64,000 nucleotides of DNA from Candidatus Latescibacterota bacterium (GTDB lineage Bacteria > Latescibacterota > UBA2968), in the NCBI GenBank assembly GCA_965207885.1, contig OZ242311.1, positions 3,264,001 through 3,328,000 of the forward strand, read 5' to 3'. The notes under the pieces were generated by a model. It saw only the letters and a list, made by a program, of their open reading frames with translations. It had not been told where the DNA came from and ran no database searches. The position numbers and the translations under genes were made by a program. Below, piece by piece: positions 39,624 to 47,758 of this stretch. Each line of letters starts with the position of its first letter. Positions within the stretch are counted from its first letter, which is position 1.

Positions 39624-40568
39624 TCAATACCCCTTATTTTTATCGATCACACTCAGCATATCTTCCCCATTCAGAAAACGCCGCAAGTTTTCGCAAAACA
39701 GATTCACAATGCGATCCTGTCTATTGGGAGACCCTCCCGCAGTATGCGGTGTGATAATAACATTGGGCATATTCCACAACGGATGATCATCTGGCAGTGG
39801 CTCTTGTGGCGTCACATCTAACCCCGCCCCGGCAATCTGTCCGGTTTCCAATGCCGCAACCAGCGATGCGTCATCCATAATTTTACCCCGCGTGACATTG
39901 ACCAGAAGCGCGTGACTCTGCATCTTTTCAAATGCCATGCGGTCAAAAATCCCGCGCGTTTCCTCTGTCAACGGACAGCAGACCACCACGATGTCAGACG
40001 CGGATAAAAGATCGTAAAAACGATCCATCTTCCAGCAGGCCTCTACACAGTCTGGCACCTCGACATCTTCTGGATCAACAGCTATAATTCTCATGCCAAA
40101 CGCATGCGCTCGGATTGCCACATGGCACCCCGTGCCACCCAACCCCACAATCCCCATTGTTTTATCGATCAATTCCCACGATGCGTGGCGAATGGGCATA
40201 CGCTCATTCCAATCAGCCGTTCTGATCGCGCGCGCAATTCCACGGGTCAATCCGAGCAAAAGAGCCATCGCGTGTTCCGATAAATGAACGCCCACAGTGC
40301 CCTTTGCACTCGTCAAAATCACCTCACTATGGACAAACTCGGCATACATCATGCCATCGACGCCCGCGCCCCAGGTCTGCACCCACTTCAAGCGTTCGGC
40401 GCGTTTGAACATATCGCGGCTCATACCCCCAAAAATGATATCAATTTCGGGCATAATTTCCAGCGCATCATCACTTGAATCGGGGATAATCAGGTCGATA
40501 TCCCCAGCCGACGATTGAATCTGCACCAGGTGGTGATCGTCCAGGCGATCGTTAATCAATACCTTCAC
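39624..40568 (-). CDS. D-2-hydroxyacid dehydrogenase
   Basis: GAGVD, GIVGLGGTG, NVTRG, EPLP, ITPH; GTG start after AGGAGG. Confidence 0.9.
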   Translation of the reverse strand: MKVLINDRLDDHHLVQIQSSAGDIDLIIPDSSDDALEIMPEIDIIFGGMSRDMFKRAERLKWVQTWGAGVDGMMYAEFVHSEVILTSAKGTVGVHLSEHAMALLLGLTRGIARAIRTADWNERMPIRHASWELIDKTMGIVGLGGTGCHVAIRAHAFGMRIIAVDPEDVEVPDCVEACWKMDRFYDLLSASDIVVVCCPLTEETRGIFDRMAFEKMQSHALLVNVTRGKIMDDASLVAALETGQIAGAGLDVTPQEPLPDDHPLWNMPNVIITPHTAGGSPNRQDRIVNLFCENLRRFLNGEDMLSVIDKNKGY

Positions 40569-40582
40569 AACTGCCTCCTGCA

Positions 40583-41479
40583 TCAAGTAGATGCCAACTC
40601 AAATTTTTCAACTGTGGTCATGCGTTTGCGCCGATGCAACGCAACGTGATCGGGCCAAACGCCATAGTCTCGATCAGAGCCCGTTTCCCGATCCAGAAAG
40701 AGCGGAAATTCACTTGCTGCGGGCTTGGTCCTCGCATATCCGCCATTGTAACTTCGCATAATAATGCGCTGTTCGCGGTTGAGCGTGGCGAGCCAATCGG
40801 GATCGCATTGGTGCCTGTCCGCTTCGCAAATCCACGACGGACAATAAGCCAAAAAGATATTCTTTCTCACGATATCCGTATTATTGGGCGCCACGCGGTG
40901 CCAGGTATTGCAGTGCATAAACGTCATCGTGCCGCGCTTTGGACAAATTACTTTTTCGCCGGGAACTTCATCATGGGTATCGTAAAAATCGAAATACTGC
41001 CCCTTATGGCTGCCGGGCATATAGACAAAATTTCCCATATCCGGCTCGGGAAGATCAGTCAGCCAATACGCCACTTTGATTTGTATGGGCAAAACCGGTG
41101 AAAAAACGCCATAGGGCAAAGCGCGCGCGCCATCGGGATGCCATTTGTTGCGACTCGTATCACGAGGGCGCAAGAAAAATTGAGAAATATGGAGCTTTAA
41201 CAATTCGCCATACACATCGTGCATAAAGCCGATATGCCGGGGGTGATCGATCAACTCGGCAAATTCCGGATACCGCTCCACAATATTGTTTGGACCAAAA
41301 AATTTCGCTGAATCGTATTTTTCACTGCGGGTAGCTGCAGCATCCATCATCTCGATATAGCGATCGCATTCCTCGTCTGTCAGTGCGTCTTCCACAACGA
41401 GCATGCCATCCTCTTGAAATTCGTCCCACTGATCCCGCGTAAACCCCGGCGGTGCCACGCGATATTTCTGTTCTGACAT
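40583..41479 (-). CDS. Phytanoyl-CoA dioxygenase (PhyH) family Fe/2OG oxygenase
   Basis: WHPDG, WLTD..MPGSH, TWH facial-triad motifs. Confidence 0.88.
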   Translation of the reverse strand: MSEQKYRVAPPGFTRDQWDEFQEDGMLVVEDALTDEECDRYIEMMDAAATRSEKYDSAKFFGPNNIVERYPEFAELIDHPRHIGFMHDVYGELLKLHISQFFLRPRDTSRNKWHPDGARALPYGVFSPVLPIQIKVAYWLTDLPEPDMGNFVYMPGSHKGQYFDFYDTHDEVPGEKVICPKRGTMTFMHCNTWHRVAPNNTDIVRKNIFLAYCPSWICEADRHQCDPDWLATLNREQRIIMRSYNGGYARTKPAASEFPLFLDRETGSDRDYGVWPDHVALHRRKRMTTVEKFELAST

Positions 41480-41736
41480 GCCAAATCTCCTCTATTATCC
41501 GACACAAATAATCAATAATGGGTTTCATAACCTATCTTAACATAATGCAGATAGCTTCATGAGGCAAGATGCTATCTGACAAACCCGTAAAATCCAAGTT
41601 CTTTAGACTTGGGATATAAGGGCTTAGAATCCCTGCTTTCGCAAGGACATGCTTATGGGGCAGTGCTTTAGCGCGGCGGCATATCGCTCAAGGCGATATG
41701 GGCAGTGAATCAACAAGATTCGTCCTTTAGTTTTAC

Positions 41737-41765
41737 TTGACAAAAATGGCAAATAAGTGTATATT
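41737..41765 (+). promoter_or_regulatory. sigma70 promoter of tnpB
   Basis: TTGACA-17 nt-TATATT, 6 nt before ATG 41772. Confidence 0.7.
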
Positions 41766-41771
41766 TTTATT

Positions 41772-42896
41772 ATGGTTAAGTCATTTAAATACAGATTGCG
41801 ACCAACGAAAAAGCAAGAGAAAATCTTTCTGGCGCACATTGAAGAATGTCGCATTCTCTACAATCAACTCCTCTGCGCCAGAAAGCAAGCATGGAAAAAT
41901 GAGAATAAGTCTCTGTCCCAGTATGACCAGACTAATACGATACCATTGCTGAAGCAACAGCATGTTGAATTTACTCAAGTATATAGTCAGGTATTGCAGC
42001 AAGTATCAGCAAGAGTTGATTTGGCATTCAAAGGTTTCTTTCGCCGACTCAAAGAGAGGGCAAAGACTGGCGAGAAAGCGGGCTTTCCCAGATATAAGGG
42101 ACAGAATCGCTATGATTCTATTACCTATCCTAATTTTTCCAGCGGTTGCCGATTGGACGGCAAGGGCTTGCGATTGAGCAAAATAGGCTGTATTCGCGTT
42201 GTCCAGCACAGACCGCTTGAGGGTATTCCTAAATCCTGCACAATCACACGCACAGCGACGGGCAAATGGTTCGCATCTATCTCTTGCGATATTGGCGACA
42301 TAAGTAAGAAAACCGATACTAACTCTGCCGTTGGCATTGACGTGGGTCTCACGTCTTTTGCTGTAACCAGTGACGGACAGAAAATAGAGAATCAGAGATT
42401 CTTTCGCAAAGAGGAAAAGTCTCTTGCCAAAGCACAGCGTAAATGGGACGCAGTGAAAAAAAGACCCAAGACCGACCCCACAAGAGAAAAGCGTCGTAAA
42501 GTCATTGCCAAAGTGCATGAGCGTATCCGTAATAAGCGACATAACTTTGCACACCAAGAGTCAAGGAAAATGGTCAATCGTCACAATTTCATAGCCGTAG
42601 AGAAATTGGACGTTAAAGAGATGCAAAAGAACAGACGATTGGCTAAATCAATAGCAGACGTAGCGTGGTCCCTGTTTCGGCACTGTCTCAAATACAAAGC
42701 GGAAGAAGCTGGTATTGGATTCAAGGCCGTTGATCCTGAATACACCTCACAAGATTGCTCGGCATGCGGACATAGAGAGAAAAAGACACTCTCAGATCGT
42801 GTGCATCATTGCAAGGCGTGTGGCTATAAGACGGACAGAGACCACAATGCTGCGATAAACATATTGACGTTGGGGCTACAACGTCAGGCGGATTGA
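41772..42896 (+). CDS. tnpB: RNA-guided endonuclease TnpB
   Basis: FKYRLRPT, GFPRYK, RuvC GIDVG / VEKL / DRDHNAA, zinc finger CSAC..CKAC. Confidence 0.96.
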   Translation: MVKSFKYRLRPTKKQEKIFLAHIEECRILYNQLLCARKQAWKNENKSLSQYDQTNTIPLLKQQHVEFTQVYSQVLQQVSARVDLAFKGFFRRLKERAKTGEKAGFPRYKGQNRYDSITYPNFSSGCRLDGKGLRLSKIGCIRVVQHRPLEGIPKSCTITRTATGKWFASISCDIGDISKKTDTNSAVGIDVGLTSFAVTSDGQKIENQRFFRKEEKSLAKAQRKWDAVKKRPKTDPTREKRRKVIAKVHERIRNKRHNFAHQESRKMVNRHNFIAVEKLDVKEMQKNRRLAKSIADVAWSLFRHCLKYKAEEAGIGFKAVDPEYTSQDCSACGHREKKTLSDRVHHCKACGYKTDRDHNAAINILTLGLQRQAD

Positions 42897-42937
42897 CCGC
42901 CAAGAAGCCCAACTGCTCTATCGTTGGGAGTAGTCAC

Positions 42938-43016
42938 CGACGTACCACGCTGCCGAAGCTCGCGGCTCCTCGCTGATAATATGGATGTGGTCAAACGACA
43001 GATCATTTTCTTCCAT
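42938..43016 (-). pseudogene. Truncated VOC/glyoxalase-family gene (26 codons)
   Basis: MEENDLSFDHIHIISEEPRASAAWYV then runs into the IS right end; GGAG RBS; starts 2 nt after the upstream stop. Confidence 0.7.
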
Positions 43017-43018
43017 GC

Positions 43019-44155
43019 TCAATCTTCTCCCGGACGAATCAGGTTCCCCGCCTCCTGCGAAACTCTGGAATTTTCCATCACATTACCCTGAATCAAAATC
43101 GGACGGTTTGTGCCTGTCTGGTCATTCACAATCAGCTCTACATTCTGAAAATGATTGCCAGTAACCGCCATACCCGCGCCGGTAAGCCAAAGCGGCAAGC
43201 GCTCTGCCCCGTCCCGTCCCCGAATTACATTCCCCGTAATAGACGTATCAAACCCGCGCACATCCATCGCCAGTCCCAGCTTTCCGCCTTTATCCACCAT
43301 AACAATATTATTGGAAATCACATGCCGCTCGGAATCTGCCCAGGACCGAAAAGCAATATCCAGGTCGCCGCCCTCTCGCACATGCACGACATTATTTGCC
43401 ATAATAATCGAATTCCCGCGATCAGAACCCACCGCCACATGTGTGCGCCCGGTAATCTCTACAAAATTTCCCATCACAAAACCCGGCCCCTCCAGAAGCT
43501 CCACCGCATCGGAATGGGCATTGCCCAAGCGGTTATTCACCACCCGCATATTGGGCCCATCAAGCATAATACCCAGCCTCTGCGCGTTCAGCACCGTACA
43601 ATTCTCAATCGTAATATTGTGCGTCGGCTCCGGACAGGACCCGCCCGGCTCTGCACAAAATGCTTTAATGCCATTATACTCGAACCGCCCGTGCGAAATA
43701 TTCACAAACTCCGCTCCATTATACGGGTTCTGATCCCGATTCTGATCTACCCAAAGATCTCGAATCACAATATTTCCCACGCCATTCCCGATAATGCGGA
43801 TTACATTGGTATTCTGATCCGGCGCCAGAATCAACCGTGTGGCTGCACCCTGCCCTATTAGCGTCACATTGCTGCGGTCAATAATCAATCCCCCGAGCTT
43901 ATCTTTCACCTTGCGAATATCATACGTCCCTTCCATCAGCGTCACCGTCCCACCGGATGATGGCAGCGCGTGAATCGCCGCGTAAATCTCCTCCTGGTCA
44001 CCCACTCCGTCGCCCACAAAATCGGCTGCTGCCTTTGACTTTTCCGATGAACTCTGCGTTGCAACAATCATTGTTCTACCCTGTATTTGAGATGGTTGAT
44101 GAACTGCAAAAACCAGCACCAAAAACAACGCAATATATGTGATCCGATCTATCAA
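43019..44155 (-). CDS. Secreted right-handed parallel beta-helix (pectate lyase/NosD-like) protein
   Basis: Signal peptide; ADFVGDGVGDQEEI..AI, GGTVTL.EGTY; repeated I-x-x-N turns. Confidence 0.8.
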   Translation of the reverse strand: MIDRITYIALFLVLVFAVHQPSQIQGRTMIVATQSSSEKSKAAADFVGDGVGDQEEIYAAIHALPSSGGTVTLMEGTYDIRKVKDKLGGLIIDRSNVTLIGQGAATRLILAPDQNTNVIRIIGNGVGNIVIRDLWVDQNRDQNPYNGAEFVNISHGRFEYNGIKAFCAEPGGSCPEPTHNITIENCTVLNAQRLGIMLDGPNMRVVNNRLGNAHSDAVELLEGPGFVMGNFVEITGRTHVAVGSDRGNSIIMANNVVHVREGGDLDIAFRSWADSERHVISNNIVMVDKGGKLGLAMDVRGFDTSITGNVIRGRDGAERLPLWLTGAGMAVTGNHFQNVELIVNDQTGTNRPILIQGNVMENSRVSQEAGNLIRPGED

Positions 44156-44167
44156 CTGTCCTGTACC

Positions 44168-45232
44168 TCACTGCTTGTCCAAGCAGAACAGATACTCCTC
44201 TACTTGATCTGCTTTATAGACCCGGTTCTCCCGATCTACATCCGCACGAAAACGCGGGTAATTCCGCGTCACCAAATTCACCTCTCCGTATTGCCCCATT
44301 GTCTGCAAAATCTCATCCTTACCCATAATCCCCTCGCTATTATAGCTGAGGAATACATATCGCGCCGAAGTCTTTTTAACCATATCATCAAACGCGGGTA
44401 AAGCCCGTCTCTTCATACAAAAATCCGACTTTTGATCGTCCTGTGGCCGCAGCCCCGTCACACCTTTCAAGACCGGATCATCGTACCGCGCAATCGTCTC
44501 AAGCACATGATAATTCGCACAGTATTGGCGATGATTATAGGGCGGGTCCATATACAGCACATCACAAGACAGACGCTCGACCAACTCCTGCCCATTTACA
44601 TTGTGTACTTCATGGTCCTCATCGCTCTCGACAATACCAAGCCGCTTTAATTGCAGGGGTTTCAGTGCACTCTTCTTGATATGCTTCAAAAACGCACCAT
44701 AGACCGACGCCGTATTTGCAACCCGATCTGCCGCATCGATCAAACTCGCCAAAAGATAAAAGTACTCATCCTCCGTCAATTTGCCCGCCTGCCACCAGTT
44801 TTCAATCTGCATCCGAATCACATCACACCGCCTGCCATTCTCATCAGAGAAATACTGTCTTTTGAACCCCGCCCCCTCTGTTCCCCCCGGGCAATAATTG
44901 CGATAGATGAATCCGGGTTTTCCATCGAGGTTATTGAGATATTCCAATACAATGTCAGTTGTATCGCAGAACCGTTTTGCTGGTATCAGATCATCCAGAA
45001 CGCCATCAAACGTGGGTACTTGACTAATGCCTACAAGTGCGCGATTGAGACAATAGGCGTAGTACTGAATGTCATTAGAGATAATCTTAAAACCCTTCTG
45101 CTTAAAATGCGCTCCCACAACACCTGTACCAGCAAACACATCGCAGAACATCTTACAATCTGCATCTACATTTTTCAGGACACCCGCTTCGAGAAAGTCA
45201 CGCAGAGAATACTTGCTTCCGATATAGTTCAT
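44168..45232 (-). CDS. DNA adenine methyltransferase (D12 class, M.NlaIII/HpyI-like), orphan
   Basis: MNYIGSK, DVFAGTG, ANTASVYGAFLK, YMDPPYN.RQY, LSYNSEG. Confidence 0.9.
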   Translation of the reverse strand: MNYIGSKYSLRDFLEAGVLKNVDADCKMFCDVFAGTGVVGAHFKQKGFKIISNDIQYYAYCLNRALVGISQVPTFDGVLDDLIPAKRFCDTTDIVLEYLNNLDGKPGFIYRNYCPGGTEGAGFKRQYFSDENGRRCDVIRMQIENWWQAGKLTEDEYFYLLASLIDAADRVANTASVYGAFLKHIKKSALKPLQLKRLGIVESDEDHEVHNVNGQELVERLSCDVLYMDPPYNHRQYCANYHVLETIARYDDPVLKGVTGLRPQDDQKSDFCMKRRALPAFDDMVKKTSARYVFLSYNSEGIMGKDEILQTMGQYGEVNLVTRNYPRFRADVDRENRVYKADQVEEYLFCLDKQ

Positions 45233-45265
45233 GTATCTCTCATTCGGATGACGGCAACGCCCTGC

Positions 45266-46255
45266 TCACACATTCACAAACTCCTTGAGCGACACAATCC
45301 GTCCGGACTCTGAGGAAATGCCCATCCCCTCAACCATCGCCACAGTCACCAGATTATTGCGTCCTGAAAACTCGGGTTCTTCACCGCCATTTATCCACGC
45401 GACAAATTGATTGACAATCAGATCTGTCGAAGTAGGACCCGCGTCCAGAGGCAATATTTCGGGATCAGCTTTGCGGCGCGTCAAAACAAGATTGCCACCC
45501 TCAAGGGAAAGCGTACCTTCATCCACATCCACCCGGGTTTCGCCACCCGATTTATGCGGTTCAAAAGTCGCAAAATAGGTCGCAGTCGCTCCTCCATCAA
45601 ATTCCACCCACCCGGAAACACCTGCCCCGCCTTTATATGGACTCCAGGGCGGATTAAAGCTATGTGCCCACATCCGCACGGGCAATGCGCCCAAAATATA
45701 TCGCATGGTATCCAAATCGTGAATCCCTCGCTCCCACAAATAGGAATGATCGTCGTGACCCGAATGGTGTACCCCCTTGCTGCGCCAGCCGATTTTGGTG
45801 AAAAGCCCAAAACTCGCCTTGCCATACGTCTCTTCCCGCAAGTGGCGCGATAAGGTCATCGTCGCCGGATTGTATTTGGCATTCTGACTCACTCCCACTT
45901 TCACCCCCATGCGACCGGCTTCCTCCACAACGTACTTCGCCGATGTCAGGGTCTTCGTAAATGGCTTTTCGACCAGAACGTGCTTTCCCGCTCTCACCGC
46001 TTCCAAAATCATCTCCACATGGGCATCTGGAGGGGTGATAACGATCACGCAATCCGATTCCACATTGTTCATGGCTTGCTCAAGCGTCCTAAAACACCGC
46101 GACTCGGGCAAACCCGACACTTCCATAGCGGCATTCATATTGCCTTCGTCAACATCGACAAAAGCCACACTTTCCACGTCATCTCGCTCGGCAAACATAG
46201 CAACCGGCCACTTTCCCCTGCCGCCAACACCCAGATGAATACACTGCACTGCCAT
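45266..46255 (-). CDS. Gfo/Idh/MocA oxidoreductase
   Basis: GVGGRG, LVEKPF, IHDLD; start ATG 46255 after AAGGAGG. Confidence 0.88.
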   Translation of the reverse strand: MAVQCIHLGVGGRGKWPVAMFAERDDVESVAFVDVDEGNMNAAMEVSGLPESRCFRTLEQAMNNVESDCVIVITPPDAHVEMILEAVRAGKHVLVEKPFTKTLTSAKYVVEEAGRMGVKVGVSQNAKYNPATMTLSRHLREETYGKASFGLFTKIGWRSKGVHHSGHDDHSYLWERGIHDLDTMRYILGALPVRMWAHSFNPPWSPYKGGAGVSGWVEFDGGATATYFATFEPHKSGGETRVDVDEGTLSLEGGNLVLTRRKADPEILPLDAGPTSTDLIVNQFVAWINGGEEPEFSGRNNLVTVAMVEGMGISSESGRIVSLKEFVNV

Positions 46256-46345
46256 ACATCGCCTCCTTGAATTGTTGATGGATAAGATCGCGACCAATAT
46301 AAACCAACTTTTTACCCCATGCACGTTTTCTTTCTCCTGTTGTAC

Positions 46346-46374
46346 TTGACATCGAATACTATGTGTCATATTGT
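46346..46374 (+). promoter_or_regulatory. sigma70-type promoter
   Basis: TTGACA-17 nt-TATTGT. Confidence 0.6.
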
Positions 46375-46406
46375 GCGCTATATCAACTTTTTCCCAGAGG
46401 TAAGCC

Positions 46407-47663
46407 ATGAAAATCAAAACCATTGAACTCATCAATCTCGACGTCCCCTTCACACCACACAGCCAGAAACACCTCGGCTACTGGCTCCCCCACTGGCGGA
46501 TACACCAGATTTGCCACATCACGCTCGAAAATGGCATTGAGGGATGGGGAGAAACCATACCCAACTACACCTGGGCTAAAGTACCGGGCGATATTGAAGA
46601 CAGAATTCTCGGCAGACCTGCCGCTGAATTGATGTGGGATGACAGCCTTGGCGCGGGCGTCCAAATGGCTCTATTTGATGCCATAGCAAAAGCGCAAGAT
46701 GTTCCTATATATCGCCTGCTGGGCACAAAGGTGCGCGACTGGTGCCCAATATCGTGGTGGAATATGGACATGCCACCCGAAGGATGGGCGGAAGAATGCC
46801 GACAAGCCGCCCAGGCGGGATATACCAGTTCAAAACTCAAAGCCCGCCCATGGTTTGACCTGCACGCAGCCATTCAGGCCGTTCAAAAAGTAGTTCCACC
46901 CGGCTTTCACCTCGACCTCGACTACAACGGCACCCTTGCCAATTCTGCTAATGCAATCCCGCATCTTCGAGAATTGGAAGCCTATCCCGAAGTGGCGATG
47001 ATCGAAACGCCGATTCCGCAAAACGACGTGGCGGGCAACAAGCAAATCAGAAATTTGATTGCGCGGCCCATTGCCATGCACTACAACAATCCACCCATTG
47101 AAACGACCATGAAAGAAGATGTCACCGATGGTTTTGTCATCTGTGCAGGCGCCTCGCGCCTTCTCAAACAAGCATCCGTGTGCGAGCAATGGAACAAGCC
47201 CTTCTGGCTGCAACTCGTCGGCTCTGGCATCACAACAGCTTGGGCAGCGCATCTGGGCGCGGTCCTCCCCCAGGCCAAATGGCCGGCCATTACGTGTATG
47301 AACATCTGGGAACACCAACTCATAAAACCCGCGATTGAAGTTCGAGGCGGCTTTTACCGCGTCACTGAAACCCCGGGCCTCGGCGTAGAAATTGATCCCG
47401 CCGCATTGGAACAATACGCCGCAGACTACACCTGGGTCGATCCTCCTCGCCACCTTTACGCGTACCGCCGAAAAAGCGGTGAAGTTACCTATTACGCCTG
47501 CACAAAGCAGGACATGCACCACGTCTATCCCGAAGATTCCCAGCCCATATCAGAACCCGACTCATCACTCGATGTCATTGAAGACGACGACACAGAAGCA
47601 TTTGAGAAATTGTACAGCGAATCAAAAAAGTCGGCCGTGCGAAAAAAAACACGTGAGGCGTGA
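46407..47663 (+). CDS. Mandelate racemase/enolase superfamily protein
   Basis: GWGET, MALFDA, KLKARP, DYN, ETP, PGLGVE. Confidence 0.85.
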   Translation: MKIKTIELINLDVPFTPHSQKHLGYWLPHWRIHQICHITLENGIEGWGETIPNYTWAKVPGDIEDRILGRPAAELMWDDSLGAGVQMALFDAIAKAQDVPIYRLLGTKVRDWCPISWWNMDMPPEGWAEECRQAAQAGYTSSKLKARPWFDLHAAIQAVQKVVPPGFHLDLDYNGTLANSANAIPHLRELEAYPEVAMIETPIPQNDVAGNKQIRNLIARPIAMHYNNPPIETTMKEDVTDGFVICAGASRLLKQASVCEQWNKPFWLQLVGSGITTAWAAHLGAVLPQAKWPAITCMNIWEHQLIKPAIEVRGGFYRVTETPGLGVEIDPAALEQYAADYTWVDPPRHLYAYRRKSGEVTYYACTKQDMHHVYPEDSQPISEPDSSLDVIEDDDTEAFEKLYSESKKSAVRKKTREA

Positions 47664-47694
47664 AATCACCTCACGTGTTGTGTGCATATTTGGT

Positions 47695-47730
47695 CAAAAA
47701 AGCCCGTCATCACGACTTGACGGGCTTTTG
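47695..47730. terminator. Bidirectional intrinsic terminator
   Basis: AAAAAAGCCCGTCA-loop-TGACGGGCTTTT between convergent genes; second 11-bp stem at 47648-47679. Confidence 0.85.
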
Positions 47731-47758
47731 TATTGTACTCGAGGATGCTTCTCTGATA

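Larger units (their letters stand above)
41581..42937 (+). mobile_element. IS200/IS605-family tnpB-only (IS1341-like) element; left boundary approximate
   Basis: Left-end hairpin 41593-41613; right end GAAG + CCCAAC/GTTGGG hairpin (42908-42928) ending ...TCAC at 42937; no tnpA. Confidence 0.85.

Noticed and set aside
41772-43020. Cas12f/CRISPR or nuclease-dead TldR interpretation of tnpB
   Set aside because: No repeat-spacer array; IS200/IS605 ends are present; all three RuvC acidic residues are intact
45266-46453. N-terminal extensions in the ORF track (also mreB, 27951..29273 and 14280..15392)
   Set aside because: They overlap neighbouring genes, promoters or terminators; internal starts with RBS fit family N-termini better
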